This document shows positions 51,150 to 63,519 of a DNA stretch of 64,000 bases, in pieces; within the stretch, counting starts at the first letter, position 1, and each line of letters starts with the position of its first letter. The stretch covers positions 3,720,001 to 3,784,000 of the forward strand of contig NC_082730.1 in assembly GCF_030144855.1 (NCBI RefSeq). Direction: 5' to 3'. This DNA is from Hypanus sabinus (taxonomy: Eukaryota). Under the pieces are notes generated by a model. The model ran no database searches and was not told the origin of the DNA. It was given only the letters and a program-made list of their open reading frames with translations. Made by a program: the position numbers and the translations under genes.

Positions 51150-51900
51150 AGATCAATCTAACATTTCCCTCACACATAGCCCTCCATTTTACTGTCATCA
51201 ATGTGGCAATACAAATATCTTAAATTTCCCGAATGTATCCGCCTCTACCAGCTCCCCCAGCAATACTTCCGTGCACTCTGTGTAAAATCTTACCTCTAAC
51301 ATGCCTCCTATACTTTTTTTCACTCACTTTATAAGTATGTGCTTTCATATCAGTCATTGGTGCCCTGGGAAGAAAGGTGCAGGCTATCCATTCTGTTTAT
51401 GTCCCTTTTATATTTGAGATTTCTATCAAATCACCTCTCAACCTCCTTTGATCTAAAATTAAGTCCTGCTTTGCTTAAGGTTTTTTGATAAACCATTTTC
51501 TGTAATCCTGGCAGATTCCTGTTAAGTGCCTGCACCCTCTCTAAAGCTTTCACATCCTCCCTATAATGAGGTGACAAGAACTGAGCACAATACTCCACGT
51601 GAGGACTGACCAGAGGTTTGTAGATCTTTAACATTACCTCACAGCACTTGAACTCAATCCCTTGATTAGTCAAGGCCAACACATCATGTACCTTCATATC
51701 CACCATACTAACTTACATGGCAGCTTTGAAGGGTTTACGGCTGGTAAGGATCAGGCCATGGAGCTTCCATTCTGCCGTGAATTCTCACCTGCCAAATGGA
51801 TAATTTCACACTTTTCTGGATTGAACCCCATCTGCCACTTGTCACATCACCAATCTTTGTGTCATCTGCAAACTTACAAACTCACCCTTTCACTTCCTCA
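51150..51900 (-). mobile_element. CR1 3' fragment
   Basis: LKIYKPLVSPHVEYCAQFLSPHYREDVKALERVQ. Confidence 0.8.
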
Positions 51901-52539
51901 TCTAAGTTATTTATAATAAATTTTCTCACTGCTGATCTGTAGCTTTCTTGCTGCAAACATATCTCCTCCCATTCTGACACGAAAAACCAGTAGGGAAGGA
52001 AGAACCCTTCGAGTAAGTGAAGTCTCATTTGCCGTCTCTCCCGTCCTCGATTGAATTCATCCCTTCCTCGTTCTGAGACCCAGGTTTGGCAACATTCTCC
52101 ACCGGTTCTTGAAGAAAGATGGATGTAGTGTCCCTGTTCAGCTGTTTCTGGTTGACTCTCTCCATCATCATCCGTGAGTTATATTCTGAGCAACTTACTG
52201 TGTTTCACTTCTCTTTCTATCCCCTGAACAAACAGAGCAGGGAAAGAGGTTTCATAAGTGGAGATGATACTGCAGCATGGATTTAGGAATCCATTGCTCC
52301 AACAATGAGGAAGGATGTTGTCGAAGGCTTTTCAAATGAGGTCATGTGGAGAGAATTTCTTGTGTCTATACAGCTTCCAGCAGTCAAAGTGACAATTGTA
52401 CAGAGACAGAACTACAGGATGTGGGTCAGATCTAAAATAGATACTTGTCATCTGTACTCACTCAGGAGATTTTTGTAGAAGCAGATTTCAGGGAGGTTGT
52501 TGGTGAAACTGTATAACACAGGATCTGGCAGATCAGACC

Positions 52540-53060
52540 TCTTTCACCTCAGATGGTTGAAGAAGTTTGGTGTGACCCCCAAAATCCCAAGAACTTTCTA
52601 CAGGGGCAGAATTGAGAGCATCCTGACTGGCTGCATCACTGCCTGTTTTGGGAACTGTACTTCCCTCAATCGTGGGACTTTGTAAAGTGTGGTGCGTTCA
52701 GCCCAGCGCAGTTGTAGATGGTAACTTCCCACTATTCAGGACATTTACAAGGACAGGTGTGTAAAAAGGGCCCAAAGCACCCCAAACCACAAACGGTTCC
52801 GGCTGCTTCCATCTGAGAAGCGGTACCGCAGCATAAAAGACAGGTACAACAGGCTCCGGGACAGCTTCTTCCAGCAGGCCATCAGACTGATTAACTCAAG
52901 TAGCCACATCTGGGTTTCTATGCTATATTTCCTATCCTGTTCTGCATACTATTTATTACAAATTATTATAAATTGAACATTGCACATTTAGACAGGGACA
53001 TTACGTAAAGATTTTTACTCCTCATGCATGTAAGTGATAAAGTTGATTCATTTCAATTCA
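52540..53060 (+). mobile_element. Rex1/Babar-type LINE 3' fragment
   Basis: LKKFGVTPKI...FYRGRIESILTGCITACFGNC; (ttcaa)n tail at ~53050-53065. Confidence 0.8.
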
Positions 53061-54002
53061 ATTCAATATTTGTTGGGGTTTTTGGTCACAGATCAGCTGC
53101 AGATTATTGAAGGACAATAAATGTCATACCCGTCTTCAATGATAGCAGTGATAAACCTGAGGCTAACGTCAATGGTAAAGGACTTATTGAATAAAAGAGA
53201 GATTAATGTCTTAGAGAGGGAGAATTTATTCAAAATGTGTCAACATGGCTTAATTAAGGAAGATTCTGTCTGTAGAATTTAATGGAGTGTTTTGAAGGGG
53301 AGCAAACTGTATTGATTCAGACAGTGTGGTTGACGTAAGTGAGGTTGTCTAAAGTAAGACCTTTGAAATGGGAGAGTGGACTGAAAGGTCAGAGTTCACA
53401 GGATCCAGAACGAGTTGGCAATTTGAATTTGATTGAGTTTATTTCTTACACCCTTCACATACATGAGGAGTAAAAATGTACAATGTGCAGAGATGACACC
53501 AAATTACTGACGGTGAGGGGAACAGTGGATTCCCTCACAAGTTGATGTTGATCAGCTGTTAAGGTGGGCAAATACAGATAGAATCTAATCCTGGTAAAGA
53601 TGTGATAATAGCTTTGGGGAACTGAACAGGGAAGGACATTCACCATGAATGGGACGACCCTCGACCCTCGGTATTATAGAGGAACAGGGGATTCTTGGTG
53701 TACAAGTCCAAGAATCGCCAAATTTGACAGCAGTCAGATATGGTGATGAGAGTGGATTTGGCATTCCTGCCTTCATTATGTAGGACACAGACAAGAGTTA
53801 CACCATTATGTTGCAACGTTACAAAACACAGGTAGTACAAGTTCGGCATATAGTGTACAGCCTTGAAGGATGTGATGGCACTGGAAAGGAAGCAGAAGAA
53901 ATTCTTGGATTTTTGAATGGAAGATTTCAGTGATAAGGGGAACTAAATACTTGTGCGATTTCCTCGGAGTGAAGGGGACTATGGGGAGATATTGTAGCCA
54001 TG

Positions 54003-54555
54003 GTGGCGTCCGTTAGTCTTGCGAGACCATGGATCTGCACCTGGAATGGTTTCCAGGGCGCAGGCCTGGGAAAGGTTGTATGGAAGACCGGCAATTAACC
54101 ATGCAGCATGTCTCCCTCTCCACGACACCGATGTTGTCCAAGGGAAGGGCAAGGGCCGATACAGCTTGGCACCAGTGTTGTCACAGGAGTTGCCAGAACA
54201 AGGTTGAAGGCAATGTCGGACTGCATTAGGGACTCCAGTTCCGAACTTGTCCTCAGGGTTTACTCCCGACGCCCTTCCCATGAGTGGTATGGCCGCAAGG
54301 CAGCGGAGGTTTGAAACCAGAGTTTTCCCTCTCTTTGATGGACTGCCTTCCCAGGCTGACGAGCTCTATCTACCCGAAGCACTGGTTTAAAGGCACCAGG
54401 ACCTGCCTTTGCCCCTTCTCCTGTCAGTAGAAATGGTTCTGCTGGGCTTAGAGACTAAGCCACATGAGAAGGCCAAGAGTTGGACTTGATTGTCTGAGGC
54501 TATTTGAGGTGCATGCCCCGATGGGCACTCCTCGGCTTGACGACCTTGACAACCT
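54003..54555 (-). mobile_element. ORF-less RTE-like retroposon with 13-bp TSD
   Basis: TSD TATTGTAGCCATG at 53990-54002 and 54556-54568; related to 23170-23564. Confidence 0.7.
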
Positions 54556-54607
54556 TATTGTAGCCATGTAACTAATGATAAATAATGTGAATATGTGAGA
54601 TGGAAGG

Positions 54608-55437
54608 TGTTATGAATGTACCACAGTTCTGAGGGGCCGAAGGGTGAGGGGTAGCCCCCTCCTTTGTGAGAATTGCAAGATCACTATTGAGTCCATTCAG
54701 GAGACCCAGGAAATGAGAGAAAGACATGCAGAATTTACAAAGATTGGAATGTGACCTGGCCTCCGAGAGGCGGACCCATTGATACCGGTTATTGTCTCTT
54801 GGAGACCGACTTGTGTATTGCATCATGTACGATGCATCGAAGCCCCCAGGCAATGAACCGAGGGGGTTGGTGGAGGGATTGCATCATCTCAACCTGATTG
54901 ACATCTGAGACCCTGTGAGTCAGGATAAAAGAGGGGCTGGGGGACAGCCCCTCCAGACGCACCAGAAGAAACGCTAGCAATCCCGTAATAGCAAAAGCCA
55001 GTGGGAAGGCCACGTGCATTCATTTCCATTTGCCCCGGAATTGGTGTGCCTTGACCACGGAAGAACGGTTTTTAGCTAACAACGGGGAAATCAACTCCCA
55101 ACGACTCTCGAAGGATTGACATCATAAAAGGACTGAGCAAGTTTTAACCAGTCTTTCTCTCAAACCAAAACGCTGCAGCTTGAACGAAATAGAAGTGACT
55201 TTTATATTTCCGTCGGACAATACATTATCCCCTAGACAACGATAGAGCTATTCCTTATTGATTATCATTATACCTGCGCTGTTAGATTTAGTATTGATGA
55301 CATATATTATCTGTATGTTTGCATTGATAATATTTTGTGTATTTTTATCAATAAATACTGTTAAAAATAGTACCATCAGACTTCAACGGACCTCTCTATC
55401 TTTGCTGGTAAGTGACCCAGTTACGGGGTACGTAACA
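54608..55437 (+). mobile_element. Solo LTR (830 bp, Gypsy-like)
   Basis: TGTTAT...GTAACA; perfect 4-bp TSD AAGG at 54604-54607 and 55438-55441; AATAAA near 3' end. Confidence 0.88.
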
Positions 55438-55519
55438 AAGGTATGTTTCTTTCCACAGTAGAGGCATCTGAAAGCAGACGGCATGTATTTATGTTAAGGG
55501 TAAAGATTTTTAGAGGGTC

Positions 55520-58140
55520 ATAGAGTCATAGAACTCTACAACACAGAAACAGGCCCTTTGGTCCATCTAGTTTGTTCCAATCCTTTAGACTGCTTTGACC
55601 CATCAACTTGTATATAGACCATAGACCTCCAAACCCCTCCTGTCCATGTCCTTACTCAAATTACTCTTAAATGTTGAAATGGATTCTGCATCCAACACTT
55701 GTGCTATCAGCTCATTCTACTCTCTCAACACAATGAGTGAAGAAGTTTTCCTCATGTTCCCCTTAAACGTTTCACCTTTCTCACTTAATCCATGACCTAC
55801 AGAGATCCAGTTTACCACATTGACATTCAGATTGTTGATATAGAAGACAAACGACAATGGACCCAGCACTGATTCCTGCAGCCCATCATGAGACACAGAC
55901 CTCCACTCAGAGAGGAACCATCTGCTACAATTATCTGTCTTCTCTCTTGAAGCCAATGTCTAATCCAATTTACTACCTCATCTTGAATGCCAAGTGACTC
56001 ATCCTTTTTGACCAACCTCCCATGCGGGACCTTGTCAAATACTTTGCTAAGGTCTATGTGGACATCAATGGCCTTGCCTTCATCAACTTTCCTCGTAACT
56101 TCCTCACAAAACTCTGCAAGTTTGGTTAGACATGACATGCCATACACAAAGGTATGTGGACTACACCCAGTCAGATCCTGTCTATCCAAATACTTACCAA
56201 TCTGGTCTCTTGGAACACAGTGCTTTCCAATAACGTCCCCACTACTGATTCCAGGTTCACTGGCCTGCAATTCCCTGGCTTGCTCTTAGAGTTTTTCTTA
56301 AACAACAGAACAACATGAGCTGTACTCCAATTCTCTGTCTAAGAATGTTTAAATTACCTCTGCTGGGGCCTCTGCAGTTTCTGCACTTGCCTCCCAGAGG
56401 GTAAGACAGAACACGTTGTAATGTCTTGGGAACTTATCCAGCCTAATTTTCTCAAGGCAGCAAAGACGTCCTCCACTGTAATCTGAAGAGTGTCCATGAC
56501 CTTGCTCTTTGCCTCACATCTATGTGACCATTCCCCAAATAAATTGTTTATGCAAAAAATTCAGTGAAGTTCGCCCCCATTTCTTTCAGTTCCACACATC
56601 GATTACCACTCAGGTCTCCCAGAGGACCAATTTTGTCACTTGCAAGCCTCTTGCACTTAATCTATCTGTAGAATCCTTCAGAATTCACCTTTTCCTGGAG
56701 CCTGGACTGCTGAACCAACCTCATGTCTTGTTTTTTTAACCCTGCTGATTTCCTGCTTTCATGACCCCTTGCATTGTTATGCTCCTCAAGTACCTCATTG
56801 GTCCTGTCTGCCTATATATGCTTTGCACATTCTTTTCCTTAAACAGGGCCTCAACATATTTCAAAGCAAAGTTCCCTAAATGTGTTATACTTGTCTTTTA
56901 ATCTGACAGGAACATACAAACACTATACTCTCAAAATTTCCCCTTTGAAGCCCTCCTACTTCCCAAGTACATTTTGCCAGAGAGCAAACCCTCCCAATCC
57001 ACAGTTGCCACATTCTTACTGATATCATCAACAATGGCCTTTCTCCAATTTAGAATCTCAACCTGAGACCGACCTTTTCCATAATTACCATGAAACTAAT
57101 GGCAATATGATTACCAGATGCAAAGAGTTCCCTTGCACTAACTTCTGTCACCAGCCCTGTTTCACTCCCTAATCGGATATCTAGTAACAAAATCTAGTGC
57201 AACTGTAAAAAAACCCAATTTCCCTCGGGTTCAATAAAGTATGTCTGTCTGTCTGTAGTGTCACACTCTCTAGTTGAGAATTCTATGCACTGATTGAGGA
57301 AACTTTCCTGAACACATTTGAAACTCCTTTCCATCCAGCCCTTGTAGAAAATGGAAGCTCTAGTCAATATGTGGAAAGTTCAAATCACAATCACAACTTT
57401 GTGTTCCTTACAACTGTCTGCAATCTCTACAAATTTACTCCTCTATATCCCGAGGACTGTTGGGTGGTCTCTGATGTAATGCCATTAACATAGTCATACT
57501 TTTCTTATTCTTAAGTTCTACCCATAAAGATTCGCTGCATGAGATCTCCGATCTGTCCGGACTGAGCACTATTGTGACATTTTCCCTGACTAGAAATGTC
57601 TCCCCCTATAATCACTCACGCTCCATCACATCTGAAACAAAGGAACCCCAGAACATTAAGCAGTTACTCCTGCCACTCCTGTAACCAAGTCTCAGTAAAG
57701 GCTACGATGTCATTATTCCACATGTTGATTCATGCCCTCAGCTTATTTGCCTTTTCTACAATACTCCTTACATTGAAATATATTCAGCTCTGAACACTGG
57801 TCCCACCATGCTCGTCCATTTGATTCTTAACTTTGTATGTAGGCTTCACATCTTTCTCCACCACCATTCCACTCTTTGCTCTGGCAGTCTAGCTCCCATC
57901 CCTCTACAAGACTAGTTTGAACCCCAGCTCTTGCAGCACTGGCGATCACTCCCACTAGAGTAATAATCCCCTTTCTGGATTAGATCCAAACCATTCCATT
58001 TTTTTTTTACAGGTCTCATCTTTCTTGAAAGAGAAACCAATGATCCCAAATTCTGAAGCCCTCCAATGTGTTAAACTGTCTGATCTTCCTGTTTCTGGCA
58101 CATGGCACAGGTAGCAATCCTGAGATCAAAAACTGATCCT
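55520..58140 (-). mobile_element. Decayed CR1 ORF2 (APE-RT); ORF1 remnants continue at ~59400-59900
   Basis: SKVFDKVPHGRL, WIRHWLQ, ESVLGPL; endonuclease YFNVRSI...ETWL remnants near 57700-57790. Confidence 0.8.
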
Positions 58141-58304
58141 TTATCTTAGCAACTGAACTCACTTTGCAGAACCATGTCACTCTTCCTATCCAATGTCATT
58201 GCAACCAACATGGACAATGACCTCTGACTGCTCAACCTCCCACTTAATAATGCTGTGGACATGATGAGAGACAACCCTGACCTTGGCAACATGGAGGCAA
58301 CAAA

Positions 58305-59375
58305 CCATTGCGGAACACAAAAAAGTGCTGGTGGAATACAGCAGGCTAGGCAGCATCTATAGGAAGAATAAAGTTGACATTTCGGGCCAAGACCCTTCGT
58401 CAGGACTAACTGAAAGAAAAGTAGTAAGAGATATGAAAGTAGGAGGGGAAGGGGGAAATCCAAAATTATTAGAGAAGACAGGAGGGGGAGGGATGAAGCT
58501 AAGAGCTGGAAAGTTGATTGGCAAAAGGGATACAGAGCTAGAGAAGGGAAAGGATCATGGGACGGGAGGCCTAGGGAGAAAGAAAGGGGGAGGGGAGCAC
58601 CAGAGGGAGATGGAGAACAGGCAAGAAGTGATTGTGAGAAGAGCAGAAAGAGAAAAAGAGAGAAAAAATGGGGGGAAATAATCAATCAATAAATAAATAA
58701 GGGGTGGGGTAAGAAGGGGAGGAGGGGCATTAACTGAAGTTAAAGAAATCAATATTCATACCATTAGGTCGGAGGCTACCCAGATGGAATATAAGGTGTT
58801 GTTCCTCCAACCTCAGTGTGGCTTCATCTTGTCAGTAGAGAAGGCCATGGATAGACATATCAGAATGGCAATGTGACGTGGAATTGAAATGTGTGGCCAC
58901 TGGGAGGTCCTGCTTTCTCTGGCAGACAGAGCGTAGGTGTTCAGCAAAATAGTCTCTGAGTCTGCTTCGGGTCTCAGCAGTATATAGAAGACCGCAGCAG
59001 GACTTCTGCCCTTCTCACAATCATTCCTTGCCTGCTCTCCATCTCCCTCTGGTGCTCCCCTCCCCCTTTCTTTCTCCCTCGGCCTCCTGTCCCATGATCC
59101 TTCCTCTTCTCCAGCTGTGTATTCCTTTTGCCAGTCAACCTTCTAGCTCTTGGCTTCATCCCACCCGTCCTGTCCTCTATCATTTTTGGATCTCCCACTC
59201 CCCCTCCCACTTTCAAATCTCTTACTATCTTTTCTTTCAGTTAGTCCTGAAGAAGGGTCTCAGCCCAAACCACGACTGTACTTCGTTCTATAGACGTTGC
59301 CTGGCCTGCTGCATTCCACCAGCATTTTGTGTGTGTTGCTTGAATTTCCAGCATCTGCAGATTTCCTCATGTTTG
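58305..59375. mobile_element. Inverted pair of Penelope-like 3' ends with GIY-YIG remnant and two hammerhead motifs
   Basis: Minus strand 58740-58995 reads CGLLYTAETRSRLRDYFAEHLRSV...PVATHFNSTSH...LEEQHLIFHLGSLRPNGMNIDF; motifs at 58372-58407 (-) and 59243-59277 (+). Confidence 0.85.
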
Positions 59376-60619
59376 CATTTTTAAAACCATTGAGGAACCT
59401 CATTCTCATCAACAGTCCCTCCTTTCTGTTCCTCTAATCAACGAAGCCCCTAACACTGTAGCTTGCCTCTTCTGAGTCATAGAGCCCTACTCAGTGCCAG
59501 AGACCTGACCACCATGGCTTTCCTCTGCCAGGTAAACCCCTTCTCCAAAGTATCCAAAGTGAGGCACCTGTTGGTGAGGGGATCAGCCTCAGGGGGACTC
59601 TGCACTCGCCCCCTATCCTTCTGTCCCTTCCTGACGGCCATCCACTAGGATGTATCATACACCTTGGGTGCAACTACCTCTCTGAATGTCCTGTCTCTCT
59701 TTCCATCAGCATCCTGAAACACCCAATGTTCTTTCAGTTCCAGCTCCAACTCCTTAACACGTCTGTTCGAAGCTGAAGCTGGATGCACTTCTTACATCTC
59801 TGGTTGCCAAGGACACTGGAAGTGCGCCTGCCTTCACCCACCCTGCAAGAAAAGGAATCCACTATCCCGACTGACATCCCCACTGTTCTAAATGTACCTA
59901 CACTTCTCATCACTGAATCCTTAATGAATCAAAGCCTCCACTCACTCCTCCAACACTGGCCCACTCATATAATTGATGTTCGACTTAAACCTAACAAATT
60001 TTATTGGACCTTCCAAAGAGCCAAATTATGCACAATCCAATGTCTCTTTGGTGCAGAGTGACCCTGCTTGCTTCTTTTAACATTGGTCTCACTCTATGCA
60101 ATCCAGTGTCTCCTTGAGTCTATGGCATGTAGTGATGTGCCGAATGCTCACGTACGCTTCTTTGAAACTGTCTAACCCTCTACGCAATCCTGTTCTCCTC
60201 GGGACTGTGGCATGTAAAAGGGGACATATAGGAAAAAGCTTGTCACTTAGAGGAGGGTTGAAAGCTGGAACACACTGCCTGAGGGGGTGGTGCAGACCCA
60301 AACTCTCTAAACATTTAAGAACCTTTGCACATGGACTTTAATTTCTGAGGTCCAGCAGGCAAGAAATGGGATTAGATAGATTGTCGAGAATGCTCCAAGA
60401 CTTCCTCACAGCTGATCCATTTCCCCATCAACCTCAATCTCTTGCATTCTCCACATAACCTTTCATGACCGGACTAATCAAGAACCTATCAACCTCTGTC
60501 TTATACATTACCAGTGACTTGGCCCCCACAGCTGCCTGGAGGAATGAATTCTGCAGATTCATCATTCTCTGGCTAAAGAACTTCCTCCTTTCTAAATGTA
60601 TATCCTTCTATTCTAAGAA

Positions 60620-60760
60620 TACGTACACAACACTGGAAGAACTCAGCAGGCCAGGCAGCATCCGTGAGAAAAGAATAGCTACTATTTCTCATAGATGCTG
60701 CCTGACCTGCTGAGTTCTTCTAGAGTTGTGTACGTATGCTTTAATCCACAGCATCTGCAG
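60620..60760. repeat. Collapsed palindromic PLE-end remnant without hammerhead
   Basis: gaagaactcagcaggccaggcagcatc ... gatgctgcctgacctgctgagttcttc inverted arms. Confidence 0.7.
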
Positions 60761-61379
60761 TTGTATTTTTGTGCTTTTATTCTAAGGCTGTGTCATCTGG
60801 TCTTTGATTCCCCGACCACTGGAAATATCATCTCAAAATATTCCCTGTTGACACCTTTCACCATTCAATAGGTTTCAATAAGATCCCCCTTGTCCTTCTG
60901 AATTCCAGTAAGTACAGGACGAGAGACATCAAATGCTTACCAGAAAACGCTCACTTCATTCTCAATCTTTCCCTCCTGCCAATCAGCTACTGCTCAATCC
61001 ATTGCCTCATACTGCCTCTGGGAGATTTCTTCATTGGGATGTATATATACTCCAACTTCCAATTTCCTCTCAGAAACTCCAGCCACTGTTGCTCTGCTGT
61101 CATCCCTGTGAGAGACCCTTCCAAGCAATTTCAGCCAGTTCCTCTCTCACGCCTCTATAATTCCCGTTACTCCACTGTAATACTGATTCATCTGACTTCA
61201 GCTTCTCCCTCTCAAATTGCAGGGTGAATTCTATTATATTCTGATCACTGCTCCCGAAGGAGTTCTGTACCTTAAGCTCTCTATCAATTCTGGTTCAGTG
61301 CACAATGTCCAATCCAGAATACCCCAGTGGACTCAACCAGAAACTGCCCTAAAAAAACATTTTGTAGGTATTCTACAAA

Positions 61380-61880
61380 CTCCTCCTCATGTTCCAGCAC
61401 CAACCTGATTTTCCCAATGAAAGTCCATATTGAAATTCCTCATGATTGTTGTAACATTGCCCTTTTGACGTGCATTTTCCATCTCCCATGGTAATCTGTA
61501 GCTCACAGCTTTGCTGCTGTTTGGAGGCCTGTATATCAGGATCTTTCTACCCTTGCAGTTTCTTTGCTCTACCCAAAATGATTCTACACTTTCCACTATA
61601 TTATACCACCTCTCTCTAATGACGTGATTTCAGTTTATAACAACAGAGCCCCCCCCCCACCCCCTCTGCCTAACGCCTGTCCTTTCGACACAATGTGTGC
61701 TGGGATGTTCAGCTCGCAGTTGTAATCTTCGTTCAGCCGGGATTCAGTGATGCCCACAACACCATACATGACAATCTCTAACTGTGTTGCAAGTTCATCT
61801 ACCCTATTCCATGTACTCTGTGAATTCAAATATAACACCTCCAGTCCTGTATTCATCATGATTCTGTGTCTTTTTAACAT
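61380..61880 (-). mobile_element. CR1 AP-endonuclease fragment
   Basis: LYLNSQS...GITESRL; IYRPPNS; MRNFN. Confidence 0.78.
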
Positions 61881-62892
61881 TGCAACTCATCGTTCACAGT
61901 GTCTGTGAATCTCAACCCCTCTGCTCAGAGAAACCCCTCCTTCCCATTTACTCAACTCAGGCCCCTCGTTATTTTACACCCTCCATTGCCTCCTACTCGA
62001 AATCCCCTGTTCCAAGCAAAAACAACCCAAACTCTCTGATCTTTCCTCTCAATAATAATGTTCCAATCCCTGCAGCAGCTTCGTAAATTCCCCCTTCACC
62101 CTCTCCAAGAGTGACCCTGTCTGTCCTGGGATGTCGTGAACATCCTCGTCTCAGTGTCGAACTGTGTTCAAACTGCGGTTGGCCACCGTTCCAGCATCCC
62201 GTCCCGATCTCATACTCCCTGTGTCTCAGCTAAAGAAAGCAATTTGTCTGTTTAACCCCTTATTCACCTGTCCAGTAAAATTAATGAACAGGATACATAC
62301 ACAAAGTCCCCTCTGTCCCTCCACCTTACTCGCACCCTCAGTCAGGCATTGACTCAGCCTCACTACACTGGGACCATGAGTTCTGCTCTGGAGACGGGCA
62401 GTCAGTGGGGTTCAATAAACAGGGAGATACACAGTATCTGCCCTCACCCATTAATTAGGGGTGTTTCAGGAACCAGTGAAAGCCGGGCCCCTCTGTGGTG
62501 TCTCCCTCACTGTACACCTCCAGTCATACTGTTTAATTTATCCCGTGTTCACTCACAGATTTTCACCCATTCCCAAACAATCTCCACCCACCCTATTTTC
62601 TGGATTGGGTCCCATTTGACATCTTCATGTCCCAGACACCCCCTCCCCTCCCCCCCAACATGGCTGCAGGCTGTAACTTTCTCCCTCAGGGCTGGTTGCA
62701 GAGAGTCTTCACTCAGTTCCCCACCCCCACGGGCTCACTGTGTGATGTCCGATCTGTGGGCCAGCTCTCTCACAGGGCTGGGAGACAGACGATGGGCCGT
62801 ATGGCCTGTTGCTATATCTGTGATTCTCACAGCTCTGAATCCTTCACCAGTCACTGAGCTCATCTGCTGACTGTCTCCTCTTGTCTCCTCAG

Positions 62893-63213
62893 CTGGGACG
62901 GGGGCTTCCCCGACCACTGTGAACGGAGCTCGGGGACGGTCGGTATCCTTATCTCCTGGGATCCCAGTCAGACCGGACATTGCTGATGTTGATTGGTATC
63001 AGGTATCAACCAGAATCATGATAGTGAAGTACTCGAAGAGGAGCGTTACCTACTTCGGTACCGAGGAGTACAAGCGACGGATAACTCTTCATCTCGGGGA
63101 CTTCAGTCTGGAAATCCGTGATCTACGGAGAGAGGACTCCGGTGATTATGAGGTGATGCTTACAAAAGATTCAGGAGCTGAAAATAAATCAACAGTGCGA
63201 CTGGAGGTGTACG
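62893..63213 (+). CDS. Ig V-set domain exon of a CD2/SLAM-like (or CEACAM-like) receptor
   Basis: Acceptor tcctcttgtctcctcag, donor gtgagt, 321 bp phase 1-1, open frame GTGASPTTVNGARGRSVSL...VDWY...FSLEIRDLRREDSGDYEV...VRLEVY; leader exon not found. Confidence 0.82.
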
Positions 63214-63519
63214 GTGAGTAAAACACTGCGGAGGGGCCCGGGTTTCACCAGTTCCTGAAACACTCCTAATTAATGGGTGAGGGCAGATCCTGTGTGTTCC
63301 CCTGTTCACTGAACCCCACTCCACCACACTCCGGGGCGACTCGAGTAGCAGCAGAACTCTCAATGGATACGATTAAACATTCCCGTTTCAGCCTGTTACA
63401 GCGAAAAAGCACAACTGCTCCCAAGGCCAGTACAATGAACAAGGATGTCTCAATTAATTTAAACAAACTATCGCTGCTTAAAACCGACAGAGACAAACAC
63501 AGTCTGTGGTCGGAAGTGC

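Larger units (their letters stand above)
53160..55520 (+). mobile_element. Old CR1 remnant carrying two nested insertions
   Basis: Degenerate RT/C-terminal motifs rejoin after removing 54003-54555 and 54608-55437. Confidence 0.55.

Noticed and set aside
62349-62870. 173-aa ORF with hydrophobic WAVWPVAISVILTAL as leader of the Ig exon
   Set aside because: No phase-1 donor after the hydrophobic stretch and the frame stops before the acceptor; ORF also runs through the inverted intron copy.
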